A DNA stretch of 64,000 bases from Fistulifera solaris (taxonomy: Eukaryota): contig AP026137.1 of assembly GCA_030295235.1 (NCBI GenBank), positions 682,001 to 746,000 on the forward strand, in the 5' to 3' direction. A program made the position numbers and the translations under genes. The stretch's first letter is position 1; each line of letters begins with the position of its first letter. A model generated the notes under the pieces. It was not told the DNA's origin. It was given only the letters and a program-made list of their open reading frames with translations, and searched no databases. Positions 45,372 through 59,498 of this stretch are shown in pieces.

Positions 45372-48105
45372 ATGGTTCGCGGAAACTGGCAAAAACGCGT
45401 CGAACTGGCCGATGCGCGACGCAAAGAGGCGAAACAGCGCAAACAAAAGAATGAGGATCGCAAGCAAAGTAAATTATGGGTGCAAGATTTGTTGAAATTG
45501 CTTGACAAACACGCCAATCTACTCTCTGGACGTCAAATACATTTATGGACGGATACCATGCCGTCGGATGGCCCGCCCTTGCTGGATCTGATGGATGGCG
45601 AATATTCTTCGTCAAAGCGGCGATCGAGGGGAAATTCTGTCACCGAATCCGACGTGACGACGACTCGGAAAGGACGATCCAACTCCGTGACGGAACACAA
45701 GCCGAAAAAGAAAGTTCATCCCCGAAGTCGCGAAGCTGAACAAGACAATGGAGATGATGCTGTGGAATTGCCGCTGCTCTGTCGATCGCACTTTTTGTTT
45801 GGAAAATGTGAAGAAGCATCCTCGGGTCGGAAGAAAGGAACTACGAACAATAACTATTGTCGCCATTATCACTATCCGAATCATTACAGGACACTGGGTC
45901 AAGTTCTGAATACGAAAGAAACGCGGTCCAATCAGCAAGAATTGATTGCTTGTGACGCCTCTTTGGAAGAGCCGTTTGAGACGGAAGCGAATACCATGGA
46001 TATGATTTATTATGTTATGATAGAATTCAATACCGACGGAATTTGCAGTGATTTGATTTCCAAGTCACTTTCAGAAAAGAAGATTGTGTTATCCGATATT
46101 GTCTATGTTGCCGTAAACGGCATTCTTCTCTTTGATCGGAATCGAGAAGGACTGGTCGTTTCAGACGAAACCTATTGGATGAACGGAATAGGAGGCAATG
46201 CCTTCAAGTCACCTCGCAAATCGTCGGTCGGAATGGAAACTACTTTTTGTTTCAGTACACTTCCTGGTGCCATTTTGGAACTCATGTTGACGTTCCTACC
46301 GGACAATGCGGTGGCCGCCTGTTCGCAAGTCTGCAAAGGATGGTATCATGAAATAGGGCAGAATTCGCCCCAATTATGGCGTCACTTATTGGAACGACGA
46401 CATTGGCCGCTACCCTCTTTCGACGTGCCTTCGACTATTTCTCAGCAACAGCAATTTCGCGATGCCTTTTTGGGCCATTACACGGCCATTCGAGATGCTC
46501 GGGCCATTCAAATCGGCCTGAATGTCCTCGATGGCAGCAAAAGAGTTTCTGGTTCTCGAGAGATGGCGTTTCATGATTTCTCCACTAGAAAATTTGCGCC
46601 CGCCGAGAACAGTTATTGTATGAGTGTCCATACGTGGGACGAAAAGAGAGTTTTGGCGTCCTACGATCGAGACTGCTCATTACGACTGTTCGAATCGCGA
46701 ATATCCGACAATAACGAGGATTTGGTATGTAAGGAGTTGATTTGCCAATCGGTGGATCCGTATAAAAACACCAAAAAGCGCAAATGCCGGCTTTTGGCGG
46801 CCGACCTGGACGAAGAGTGCATTGCATCTCTCTGCATCGTGAGTACAGACCATATCAATGTTCATGCGTATATTCTTGTCATTATCAATCGAGATGACTT
46901 TTTACTAGGTGAAAGTAGTTTTGCAACGGTAGAAGGAGGAGGTGGATCCGATGCTTATTTGAATGTCATTGATATCGGTGAAGCTGTGTTGAACTACATG
47001 TTCAATGTTGGATATTCGAACCCAGGAACAGTGCAAATCTTGACTGCTTTGGTCGAATTTCTTCAAGATGGTGGTGAGGTCGGCCAGGTGGACGTTGCCG
47101 TGTCGCATAGTTTCGTAGCGTGTGGATACGGGCGATTTATGCTCGAAGTCAGCATAGCCATTCCGGGAAATGATGGGGACCCACTCCAAGTTGGGCGAAA
47201 ACTAGTATTGTTTGCTGCCAGTGTTGGTACCATTGTGTGGGTCGGAGAATGTCCCGCTTATGACAGTTTGCTGTTGCCTCTCGGCCAGTCCGTCACATTT
47301 TCTTCCATTCGTCGTCGCCATGCCACAGGTTCACGGAGAGCCTGTACTGTCGCCGTGACCCCGAACAGTCTTCCAGGTCAGGTTGTGCTCATCGATATCG
47401 AGCCTGCAGGTGAGGTATTTCAGCCGCAAGTGTTTGAATGTCCTGAAGCCACGCAGCTTCTTCTACGAGAAGGTGAATGGGAAATGGGACGTCCATTTCG
47501 TTCCATTGTCTTAAACTCGACCAAAGTTATTGTCGTCGAGAATTTTCACTCGGCCAATCAAGGAGCAAACCGACGAAACCGAAGTCAAGTAACAGTTCTC
47601 CCTCGGGTCCCATCCACCGCGTCTACGCAAATTCTTACATTGAGCGACATGATTGCAGTGCAATCAACCTGTGTTCGCGATGAATACTTGTTTGTACTAT
47701 ACACCGACCGGTGCGAAAGTAACGATGAGGAACATGACGAAGAAGTTTTGGATGGACAGTGGTTCGAAGCAAGACCTCGCGGCCCACCATGCATGTGGGT
47801 AGTCATTTTCCATCTACCAACTTTCTCTGAGATTGGTCGCCAGCTATGGCAGAGAAACGCACACCCGTTCAACGAGGACCTTCGAAGTATTGTCATGGCG
47901 CATGATGGAAATGAGACTATTGGAGTTGGCTTGTCATGGAAAGGGATTATTATGACCGGAAACCACGTCCGTGCCGCAAAAGTACCAGAGAGCCGTAATA
48001 ATAAATGATTCTGGAGACCGCAGCGGGAAGAATAAGAAAAAGAAGAAACCTGTAAAGTCCGCCAAGAAAGATGGCTATGCTAGGGGTATGTCTCTTCGAG
48101 GATAG
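45372..48105 (+). CDS. F-box protein with CCCH-like zinc finger
   Basis: LCRSHFLFGKC...CRHYH and F-box LPGAILELMLTFLPDNAVAACSQVCKGW...LWRHL. The ORF stops at 48008, but a shifted frame continues KKKKKPVKSAKKDGYARGMSLRG to 48105. Confidence 0.75.
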
Positions 48106-48573
48106 AGCATTTTTGCAAACCGAAAATTTAGCGCTCACTTTGAAATATTTGTCTTATGTAATATGTATGACGCTAACAGGTATAAGAAGATCAAGCAAAA
48201 AGCCTTGCTTCCATTTAGATGTGAACTGTCGTCGGTGTACCTAACGAAGAGCTGTTACGATACGAAACGATGCCAAATGGTAAGACTATAAACGTGTTTA
48301 GTTGCACTGAAAGACAAACTCCTCGAGAACATAGAGGTGCGGGCTTTTTGGGATCCTTATTATTTTATGTTGTCAATGCTCACTATCAAAATTCCGACTG
48401 AATGTGATTTCAGTCCCGAAATTAAAAGAGACACGGCCGGGCGCACGGACGCACGGACGCGATCGTCGTCGAGAAAAAACTACGAGAAATAAACCACGAA
48501 CAAAAAGGATGTTTGTTAATCATTCATTCTCTTCTTCGTCTTGGACCTTTTATTTGTTGTCAATACCTAGGAA

Positions 48574-51500
48574 ATGATCTTATTCGTTATAGGATGCACC
48601 ATAGCGGTTGCGGCGCTGATACAAGCAAGCATATCGCAAGGCCTGCCGCTCGAACAACTCGGTATGATAACTCCAATGCTGGCCTTGTTTTCGTTACGGA
48701 CGATTCGAAATGCTCACGTATCTTACGTTCAGGTGTTCGAAGCAGAGGACGCGGACTTTTGTCCTGGTTTTATCATTACTGTGTTGACGGCGTCGGAGTT
48801 GCCGGCTACGATCCTATCTTGGGCGCTTTCTCTCCTCCTTTACGAATCCTTTTTCACATTTCGGCTTTTCTGATGCTTTGGTCAGCCGTTATCTCGACTT
48901 ATGATTCTCTGCAAAGCGAGTTTGGGATCCTTTTCGAGATTCCTGGCATAAAATCAGAAATTACGTCGTCCTTGTTCTTGTTGTCGCTTTCTATCTATCT
49001 CGTCTTCCTGTTGGTGACGCAATACTTGTTGCCCGCTGTTTCGGATCCTGGTGGTCCCCGACCCCATCGGATTCAGAGACAGCCCCAATGGGATAATCGA
49101 CCCATTCCACTGCCGGGGAGTATGAAACAGTGGCGATGCGTCATTGCGGAAGAATCGCACGCAATTACCGAAGCTACCTTCGGCGAGTCGCTCTTATCGG
49201 GAGAACCTTTTGGACGTGATATATGGACTCAAAAGCCTTACAACTCGAAATTGAAAGCAGTCGATGAGAAGTTTGTCCATGAGTTAGCATCTGGTGGTCG
49301 AACAGATATTTTCAATCCATCTGTCAACCCGAATAGGTACGTATGTTCTAGTTGTCGACGATGCAAAGGATAGATGTGATGTCTCACGCTTTCTTTGTAT
49401 CATCACTAGTGCTGACATACCCTACCGTGCGCAATTGATTCGAGAATATTTAGCCGCAGGAAATTCGCCACCTTCATTGGAAAAAGAACCTCAATCAGTT
49501 CAAGCGGCTCTTCGCAAAGCAGTGCATTTCTATTCCATGTTACAGCGCGACGACGGTCACTGGGGCGGTGACTATGGCGGCCCGCACTTTTTAATGCCGG
49601 GTTTGGTCGTCGCTTGGTATATTATGGGCAAACCAAAAAGTATGCTGGATGATGAATCAATAGAACTGATGAAACACTACATTCGCTGTCACCAACAGTC
49701 CGATGGGGGCTGGGGGACACATTTGGAGTCCCCGTCCACCCAGTTTGGCTCCGTCCTCATGTACCTCGCGTTGCGTTTGATGGGAGCTGACAAAGAGGAT
49801 CCCGCTTGTCAGAAAGGGCTAGAATTCATTCGTTTACATGGCGGAGCATTAATGACAGCATCTTGGGCGAAATTCTATTTATGTTTGGCTGGTTGCATGC
49901 ATTGGGACGGTCACAATTCCGTGCCTCCTGAAATGTGGTTACTGCCGAACTGGTTCCCTTTTCATCCTGGTCGCATGTGGTGTCATGCCCGAATGGTGTA
50001 CCTTCCGATGGGATATCTGTATGGTTCCAGGTATGTTTACACCGAAGCTGAGACTGATCCGCTGATCAAAGAGTTAAGGGAAGAACTTTATGTACAACCC
50101 TACGAATCCATCGATTGGATCAAGACGCGACACATGGTGGCTCCGATGGACAATTACTCTCCCATTTCAAAACTGATGGAAACGGCTCAGAACCTTCTCG
50201 CTCGGTATGAAACGTGGGCGATTTTCCAACCCTTCAAAAATCTAGTTCGGCCACGAGGAATCAAGTTATGCGCCGAGTACATGGCAGCAGAAGATTTGCA
50301 AACGAATTTCATTGATATCGGACCCGTGAATAAGGTTCTGAACATGATTTCGGCATATGATGTCGCCAAAGGAAACTTAGAAGACCATAGCGTGAAACGC
50401 CACATCGCCCGTGTTGCGGACTACATGTGGGTCGCGGAAGATGGAATGAAAATGAAAGGATACAATGGTAGTCAGTGCTGGGATACCTCGTTTGCCGTGC
50501 AGGGAATTTACGAGGCGGATCTAATGGATGAATTTCCTGATGTCTCGAAACGAGTTTGGGCGTACCTGGAACGTTGTCAAATTCTATCTACAGAGACATC
50601 AATGGCGACAGAAGCCTACAAGTACGAGTCCGCTGCTTATCGTGCCCGGTTCTATCGCCATATATCAAAGGGAGGTTGGCCCTTCAGCACTAGCGCACAC
50701 GGTTGGCCCATTTCAGATTGTACAGGTGAAGGATTGAAAGGAGTTCTTTGCCTACTTAAGTCCAATGCTGTACTTGAGGGAATTGAGAACGGGACGCTAA
50801 AAGCAATTAGCACGAAGCGATTAGAAGATGCTGCGAACATCCTCCTGACCTATCAAAACGAAGACGGTGGCTTTGCAACGTACGAAAATAATCGTGGTTT
50901 TGGATGGTACGAAGATCTCAATCCTTCGGAAGTGTTTGGATCGATCATGATTGACTACAGTTACTGTGAATGTTCGATGGCTTCTTTGACCGCGTTAGCC
51001 GATTTTCATGAGACTTTTCCTGATCACCGATCGGACGAGATCCGTCATGCTATTGACAAAGGACGAGATTTTCTCAAGTCATTGCAACGGCCGGATGGCT
51101 CTTGGTATGGTTCGTGGGCGTGTTGCTTTTGCTACGGCGTCTGGTTTGGTATTGAGGGACTTGTGAAATGCGGTGAACCCAAAACATCACAAGCAATCAA
51201 GAAGGCTTGCCAGTTTTTGTTGCATCATCAGCGCCGTAATGGTGGATGGGGAGAAGATTTTACATCGTGTTACGACAAGGATTACGCTGCAAACGGGATG
51301 GAAGCTTACGGAGACGACGGAAGCGGAGTGGTGAACACGGCCTGGGCCTTGCTCGCTCTTTCTGTCGCCGAATGCGATGACATAGAAGCCATTCGAAGAG
51401 GTGTGAGATATTTGATGAAACGACAACTTCCTTGTGGCGACTGGCCCCAGGAAGGAATCGCCGGGGTGTTCAATCGAGCTTGTGGAATTACATACACGGC

Positions 51501-51579
51501 TTACAGAAATGTGTTTCCTATTTGGGCGCTTGGTAGATGCAGTGCGACTTACGGCGACCTATTAGACAAGGAGCTTTGA
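48574..51579 (+). CDS. CAS1: Oxidosqualene cyclase (cycloartenol synthase) with N-terminal multi-TM extension
   Basis: Motifs DGHWGGDYGGP, MWCHARMVYLPM and DCTGE, with QW repeats (QRPDGSW, QRRNGGWGE, QLPCGDW). Cycloartenol-type residues GYNGSQ and HGWPISDC. Intron 49337-49409 joins the upstream ORF. A frameshift near 48855 joins the hydrophobic N-terminus. Confidence 0.92.
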
Positions 51580-52665
51580 CTCGGAACAAATAATAGTCAC
51601 TAATAACTAAAGCGATAGCTTGGAGCAAAAACCAAGCATTTCCGCGAACGACCTACTGAATAATAGGGTTGCAAGTTTTAACACACGAATATAAGTCGAG
51701 CTGAGAATGAAGACTTGAACCGACTTCATGTGATGAAAATCGTGCACCCCAGCCAAAGATAAATCCTTATAATTTTAGATGGCGTGCGGATACTATTCGA
51801 TCAGCAGCTGACGCCTACTTCTTTCTCGTCGAAAATCATCAGCGACAGCTGATAGCTTCAGCACTTAAAGTCGACAGAGATTGTTCTCAACGAGTCGTAC
51901 TCTTGAATATTTGACTTTTCACCCTCAAAGTCACGCAGGACTTTTTATAAATGAATTTGAGCCAATGCCCAGATGACGTTCGTAATGTAATCACCTGTCG
52001 ACAGGAAGTAGTTCAAACAAGACAGTAAGCGAACTCGACGTCCTCTAGCGCCAATACAACATGCCTTCTATCATGTTTGATGATATTGTTGCAAAACCTG
52101 CTAGGAATTGAGCGAATATCCTTTCAAAGGTCGACAATATTTCCTCACATGAACAGGTTGAGAAAAATGGGCCAAAAATCATGGGCAATCCCCTCGCGTT
52201 TTTGGCCAAAAAACACGGGTTTGCTCACACTAAGCATTACAGTAGGATTCACGTTACTATCTCTCGTATTGGTTGTTCTGGAGCGGTACTCCTTTTCGTC
52301 GGATGTCGTAGTGCGTTTCAAAAAAGTCGTCGAGGGTGCACGGACAGACTGGACCCTCTTGAAAGATTCGTGACTAAATGACAAAAGAAAAGTATCCGGG
52401 ACAGACAAATTGTTGTACTAAAACACTGACATTAATATCTAACTATCTGAAAAATGTGAACAAGGCTTTATTGCCAATACTGTCAAAAAGACATTGTGAC
52501 TGAGAGAACAAACTTAGCTATAGTTTATGTAGTACTTACTTTATCCCATCGAAATTCTTTTGTCGAGGCACAAACTGATTTTGCGCGAGACTTTCATGCG
52601 TGTTGCTGTGTTTGCTGCGCTTCTCGTTTCCCTACCAGAACGTTTCATAAACACACCACATCACC

Positions 52666-54617
52666 ATGAGTAACACAGCCCCTCCGTATGCAGCTACTGC
52701 GCTCGCGTTGAGCGTCAAACACTGGAAGGATTTGGGCATCGACGACGGCGACGAGGAAACAGCCCCCACGAATGACCTGGATACACTCGTCGAGCGCCTC
52801 ACGGCCATTCTTGTCGTCCGTTGCGTCGCGATCGTAGCCGAGAAAGATGAATTCAACGATCTTTCGACGGCTACCATTTGTCGTTCTACCTTGATGCGCC
52901 AAGCAGCTTGGCCGGAGCCGATTACGGCAGACGTCGTCGAACAGATTCGAACGTTCGTTCACGCCATTCTTTCGCGCTACAACGATAATCCCTATCACAA
53001 CCGTCAACATGCGTATCATGTCACTACATCCGCTCACAAATTGTTGGAGTTGATGCTGTTGGAAAAGCAACAAACGTTTGGTTTGCGAAACGATCCTCTT
53101 ATGCAGTTTGCTTTGATTTTCGCGGCATTGATTCATGACGTCGAACATCAAGGCCTTCCCAACCGTCAATTGTGCAACGAAGCCGCCAAACTCGCGGTGA
53201 CTTACAACGATCAGTCGGTTGCTGAAAACAGGTCTCTGGCGATTGGGTTCCACGAGCTCTTGAAAGATGATTACAAGGAACTCCGTGCCGTGCTATTTGG
53301 AAATTCGAATGAGGCGGATCCTTCGCAGTCGGATTACCAAAGATTCCGTAGACAAGTCATCTCTTTAGTTCTCACTACGGATATCGCGAATCCGGAGCGT
53401 ACTGCTCTATTCAAGTCTAAATGGGTGGAGGCATTTGAGAGTCCGCTGGTGGACGATGACGTTAGTGTCCTTGAGGATGATGATGAAAAGAAAGATCAGA
53501 AAGAAGGCGAGGACGAAGAGGACGCCAGTGAATCTCGTGATGTCGTGACATCTGACAAAGTAGGCGAGAGACGGCGATCAAATGCAAGTACGGGATCTTT
53601 GCGAAGTCGCGGAAGTTCTCGGGGAGGCACCCGTCTTGGGATGAGAATGAGCATCGACTTGTCGGGTGAAGCATTACACATCTACAAACAAGTTGGAAAC
53701 TCGAAAAACTCAGAAGAACCGGACGAACTTAAGATATCGGTTTTGCTTGAGCTATTCCTTACAGCGGCGGATGTATCACACAACCTCCAGGGATGGGAAC
53801 AGATGGTGAAATGGTCCAACTGTCTCTACCTCGAGCTTCAGCGGGCATTACTGATGGGTAGAGGGACGGATCCAAAGCCCAACTGGTTTCAAAATCAAGT
53901 ATGTTCAAAGTTGTCGATATCGGTCATATTGTTGGGCCTTCTCTCACATTGGTTTTTGCTTTAACTACCCAGATCGGATTTTTGGAATTCTACTTGCTAC
54001 CTCTTGCTAATAAACTGGACGAAACAGGAGTCTTCGGTGGTTTTGTTGGTAAACAGTTTGCTACAACAGTTTTGGCAAATCGTGATCGGTGGGTCAAAAA
54101 GGGCCAAAAGGTTACTGATCAAATCATTGAAGAAGGGAAAAAGATGGTGATCGATAATGCAACGACATGCAATCCTTGCAGAATGGATGATGAAGCCGAT
54201 GGAGACCTCGATCCTGAGAGTGGAGAGATGGAGGCGTCTAATGAGCCGGGTGAAGGTGGAAGTCCCACCGACTGGGTGAAAGTCTTCATGTTTGTCGTTA
54301 TTGTTTTATTGCTTGGTGTCATACTGCAGCTTTCTCAGATCCTCCGGCACCCCAGAACGTCTCCGAAGGGTAACCCAGGATTGTGGAAAATTAACTGTCG
54401 CAAGCTTGGTAAGGCGGTTTCACCGATGGAACGTTGCAAGGATGGATATCTGAGAATCGATAGTGGTGGCCATGCTACTTTCCATGTCTCGGATAATTGC
54501 GATGATAGTGGAATGAATAGTTGTTTTCGAAATGCTCCAATTTTAACGCAGCAAGATCTCATGAAGATCGGGCTTTCTACCGTGCCTTTTGAAGAAGAGA
54601 ATTTGGCTATCGCTTAA
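52666..54617 (+). CDS. 3',5'-cyclic nucleotide phosphodiesterase (class I) with C-terminal TM helix
   Basis: Motifs YHNRQHAYHV, ALIHDVEH, SVAENRS, LTTDI, AADVSH and spliced NQIGFLEFY. Intron 53899-53972. TM VFMFVVIVLLLGVILQL. Confidence 0.9.
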
Positions 54618-54747
54618 GCTATAATTCGTAATTGAAGATACGCTAAAGAGTACCAGGTACCTGTAACTGCTTCGCTAACTGCTTGACAAAAAGAAGAGTG
54701 CTCTATAGATCTTGCAGTAGCTACTGATAAACATGAACTAGGGTTCA

Positions 54748-57700
54748 TCATTCATTCTCTTTACTGTCAATCACACGAGCGACAAAGATAGACAAGGTAG
54801 GATTTTGACTGAGGAGAGAGCCAGATATTCGGAGATATGAATTCGACAAGTCCTTTGCGCGGTATTTCCTGACTCTGGTAACATTTCCGCTATTCGACGT
54901 TGGGGCAAGGACTAGCAACTCCGAATGCATATCCGTAACCACGGCCTGCAACTCAAAATCTCCTAAATAACCATGAGCTAACTCCTGGAACAATTGATTG
55001 CCGAAACGGTCCATTGTTTGTTGGTCACAAACTAGCCAACCAACAGGCTGTCGTCCAGTTGAGAGGCTCTCAAAGATTTCAAATAGCCGCCAATACGATG
55101 TAAGACATCGTCGCGGCGAGAACCACCCGGTGAATTGTCCAGCAGCTTACCAACTCCATTACGTTCATATACGTCGAATTCGAAAAGGCCACTCTCAGAA
55201 CTCCCTTCAGAGTCGGCATCATGGTCACTATCGTCTCTACGTGGTATATTCGTCGCTTGTTGTCGGCCCGGCGACTGTGAGCGATAAAGGTTACTAGCAA
55301 AGCGAAAACCATACCGCTCGCTTTGATTCTCCTTCTCTTTATGAACATGTGCAGTGACTTCTGCGGGTCCGTCCGTGTCTTCGTTACTTTTCGTCAAATA
55401 AGCTTCTAGAAAGAAAGACGTCAGAACGTTTGACATAACTAGAACTCCGGCAAAGTAAGCCACCATCAGAAAGGTATATACAATCAGAGGGCTATTGAAT
55501 CGACTCGCAAGAAGAAATGTCTCCGCTAGGATCGCCCAATCATCAACAACCAAAACTTGAAACATCGTAACGATGCCTTCCTGGTAGCTATTAAAGTTGT
55601 TCAGGTCGTAAATGTGATAGCTTTCCGACGATATGTTTCCTCCCCACAGACACATGCCGACATAAACAAAGACATGCAGAGTGGATAGAACGAGGAAGGA
55701 AGGGCCCACAAGATAGAAAAAGTACCTCAGAGCTTCGCCGGATCAAATCACGAAAAAACTGGAAAAATCTCATGATGCGAACCATATCAAGTGCTCGTCC
55801 AATCAACATACAATTCACAGCTGTAGTAGCATTAGCTGAGAATATTAGCAAGAGAAAACCAAAGAAAGACACACTTGCAGCAACAAGTGCGATCCCATCA
55901 AATGCAGTGTCCATACGCGTCAGAGGAGTAAAGTCAGGAATCCGGAAAGGGTTGAACCTGATAACAAGTTCGGCACCAGCGGCAAAAGTAATCCCCAAAC
56001 CCATCAGTATCGCTGTAATGGAAAGGGAACGGTCATGAAACCGGGATGAAATCACTATAACAAAAACAAAGTTGATCATCGAAACCAAGACAGCTGCTAA
56101 CTCAATGGTCATTGCCAATGTGGAGGCGGTCCTTGTTGTGCGGATAGAAGCATTCAGAGCTTTTCGAATTTTCGCATGGAATGTAGCGTAATCGATGTAT
56201 TTCTGATCGGATGCAGCAACAATTTCGAGGAGTGCATTGATTTTGAGCGCGCTGTAGTGTGGTCGAATGATCTCCAGTATTTGCTGAACCAGCGATAGCG
56301 GTATACAGTCCCCAGATGGTGGTGTCATTGAAGCGTCTTGACCTAAACGGTGATGAAACTGAAGTGATTTGAACGCGAGCTGTATAGCAACTTCGCGTTG
56401 TGCAGCAGATTTTTGCCGCATTTCTTTTGCAGCACGCATGTATGCGTGGAACACAACACTCAGAATCAGCGATTGCATGAAGAACACACTGATTACAATA
56501 AATGAGACAAAGAAGACCGCTGAAAATTGCGACTGTTCGTAAAACGGAAGCCAAACTCCAGGATTCCCCGCGGAAGATGACAACTCAAATAGAGAAAGCA
56601 AGGATGCACCAAGATGCTCATAACCGTCATGCTTATTGAAAAGCCTGGTCGCGATCGCCGCAAAAAGAAGATGCATTAGGCCATCCATGGAAAGAACCCG
56701 CACAACCTCCGGCATAATCATGCCAAGAACATTTAATGCCTCTCTGGCAAGTGAAGAAACGTAGAACAAAGCCACGGGTTTGAAAATGCTGGAGAGGATA
56801 ATCACACCGCGATCAGGTGATATCGCCAACTTCGTGCAATTTTCCAGCAATAATAAGCCACAGAATAACATCAGGGGCTGATCAAACGAGTTATTTTGAC
56901 TCAAAAAGGCAAGATTTTCATTGAACGGGCCTGCTCGATCTCCAAAAATCGATTTCAACCTCGGGGTCATGTCAAATTTATGAAGATCCCGTGCGATCAA
57001 CAGATCAAAAGAATAGACAACGACGGCAAAGGCGTTGAGAGCCGTCAGTGCTGTATGATCATTTTGCTGGCTTCCAAAGCCTTCAAAGAAACAGCCCAGA
57101 AACAAGGCAACAGTCGCAATACCCAGGACGACTGGAGACACAACATTGCCATACCTAAATTCGTGCAGTTTGACTTGTCGTTCCGATATCTCTTCAAGAC
57201 CGCGTCCACCAAACACCGGCGGCCGACTTGCTTCATAATCCCTAAGAAAGGTTGCAGCAACTTGAATGTAATTGGGTCGTTTAGTGCTGGCACGTCTTTT
57301 AGTACTTTTAAAAGCGCCACCAGAACCAAAAGGATCTAACAAGGGACTACCTTCGTGGGGATTATCGGGACGCAAATCGCGGAAATTCAAAGACGAAATG
57401 TTCGATAATCTTTTGCATCATTCTCGGTGTTGATTGAAGGCGAAGCGGAGCGAAATGATGCCGCTAGCTGTGTAACCCAATTGCTAGAATCGTAATTCTT
57501 TGATCGCAATTTGTTTCGTTGTTTGACAGACCTTTTGTAGTCCTTCCTTGACGGCACGCCTGCTGCTACGCCAGCTGTCCTTTTTGTTGAGCTTTTTTGC
57601 TGAAACCTTTGCTTTCGATCCGTGGCAATTCGCCCTCCTTCCTTTGCCTGCGGGACATCCGAAAGAAACGAGGGCGATTTACTTCTAAAACTTTTTCGTT

Positions 57701-57959
57701 CCGAACGAGACGAAGAATGCCTTTGTGTTTTTCGATGAGACGGATCTTCGCTAGTATCAGAATATTCGAGGACGGAGAGACGCCCCATAGCGAGCTTATC
57801 ATCGTCTTCATCCGCCAACGCTTCCGTCATGCTCACGTCTGAAACGAAAGAACTTCCACGAAATATGGGCGAGGCATTGAAGCTAGACGAGTCCAGCTTC
57901 TCTTCATCCGCTTCTGAGACATCTGAGGGATGACTGGGATCATAGGCCTGAGATGTCAT
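54748..57959 (-). CDS. Two-pore calcium channel (TPC)-like protein, frameshifted
   Basis: Two multi-TM domains. Pore 1 SLFELSSSAGNPGVWLPFY and pore 2 NNFNSYQEGIVTMFQVLVVDDW. Linker with EF-like YIDYATF and S4-like RALDMVRIMRFF. ORFs 57387-58025, 55591-57390, 55032-55709 and 54748-55014 abut with shifts near 57390, 55710 and 55085. Inclusion of the Ser-rich N-terminal ORF is inferred. Confidence 0.8.
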
Positions 57960-58306
57960 TTCTCTTTGTAATGCGTTGTAGACCTCGCAAGATTTCAGGT
58001 ACCGGTCGAAGAAATCAGAACGCAATTGACACCAACTGACTACGACCTTGTCGAGCAGCTCAAGTGCGACGAAATCTCAGGTCAAAGAAACAGCTATTAT
58101 CGAGCTGCTTGTTATTTAAACCGATATTTCCTCGATGATCAATTTGTTGCTCCGATTTGTCATGGCATGAAGATTGCACGAGGAGTCAAGAACAAAAGGC
58201 AAAGAAAAAGAAGCGCAGTCAAAGCAAAAAGTGCGTTGTGAGTGTGTCCGGAAGAAGGACACATCATCAACATCGAATCGTCGGAACGGTACTCGTTGTT
58301 TACTTC

Positions 58307-58368
58307 TTCGTTTTTACTGTAGGCCCAAAGTGTTATCAGTTTTCGCCACGACTACATTCAGTCATGAG
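58307..58368 (+). repeat. ~62-bp dispersed motif, copy 2
   Basis: Matches the reverse complement of 3934-3996. Confidence 0.8.
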
Positions 58369-58980
58369 TCATGGACCAGTAATCTTCCGAGCTATCTACC
58401 CTCTGTTTGTTTTGCAAGATGTAGAATACATTTGTTGTTATTCCAATGCAAAAGTCTTCAGCAGCAGCATAGACAGAAACAATGACAAGTTTTTTTGCGT
58501 CTTGCTGCTTGCGTCTTGCGTCGATGTCTTTCGTCGTCCGTCATACTTGAGACTGGGGACTCGCCCTACTCGTGACTCGTGACATCCATCGCGTCGCGCG
58601 CGCGCCTTTCGTTTGCATTTACCATTTACTTCGTTACTACAAAATTCCGCCCACCGCGCTTCTTTGTCAAGCAGCATCCTTCCTTGCTATTCTCGGCTCA
58701 TCGTTGCAATCGAACGACTCCTTGTTTTGAATAATATTATTGGTAAGCTAACTCTGTGCATTGATAAGGAATGTAGGGAATTATATTGAAGCGAACGAAT
58801 TTCGGGTGTTTGATAGTGTGGCGAAAAGGAATAAATAAAGTCTTCGCGCCGCCGGTTTGCATTCATTTGGCGGGCTGCGTGTCTCAGTAATGCACCGTTA
58901 AAGAATCTTTTGATCTGATCTTCCATTTCCTCACAATTATTCGTTCTGAACACAGGATTTACCCAAAAGAATCAATTAAA

Positions 58981-59229
58981 ATGCCTAAGGATCTCTTGCA
59001 CCCGTCACCTGAGGATGAACTCCGAACTCATAAATTGAAGCGCCTTGTACAATCTCCCAATTCTTACTTTATGGACATTAAGTGCCCGGGATGTTTTCAA
59101 ATTACAACTGTTTTCAGCCACGCACAGACCGTTGTCATGTGCGCTAACTGCAATATTCATCTTTGCGAGCCCACTGGAGGTAAAGCTCGACTGACTGAAG
59201 GATGCAGCTACAGAAAGAAGGTTGACTAA
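58981..59229 (+). CDS. RPS27: 40S ribosomal protein S27
   Basis: DLLHPS...[38 protein letters not shown]...[20 protein letters not shown]. Confidence 0.98.
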   Translation: MPKDLLHPSPEDELRTHKLKRLVQSPNSYFMDIKCPGCFQITTVFSHAQTVVMCANCNIHLCEPTGGKARLTEGCSYRKKVD

Positions 59230-59498
59230 ATAAACATATTATTACACCCAGACAGGATTGACTTCTTTTTTATCGTGATTGAATGTTTGCTGCTTGAGCT
59301 TTCTTTTGATGTAGTAATTTGGCCGTAGTGTTGCATTCGTTTAGTACTAGAGTGACTTAGCTATGTGGTGTCATCCTCCGCAGCTACGATTATTAGCATC
59401 AAAAATTAGTCGATTAGCCAAGTTGTAAGAGCTAGAATGAGCCACATCCAAATTGGCAGCGTATCTCGCTCCCAGAAAACATCTAGGTCCATGTAGGC

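Noticed and set aside
1..57959. Ca2+/cAMP signalling cluster (CDPK, AC, PDE, TPC)
   Set aside because: The genes are spread over 58 kb and these families are large in diatoms.
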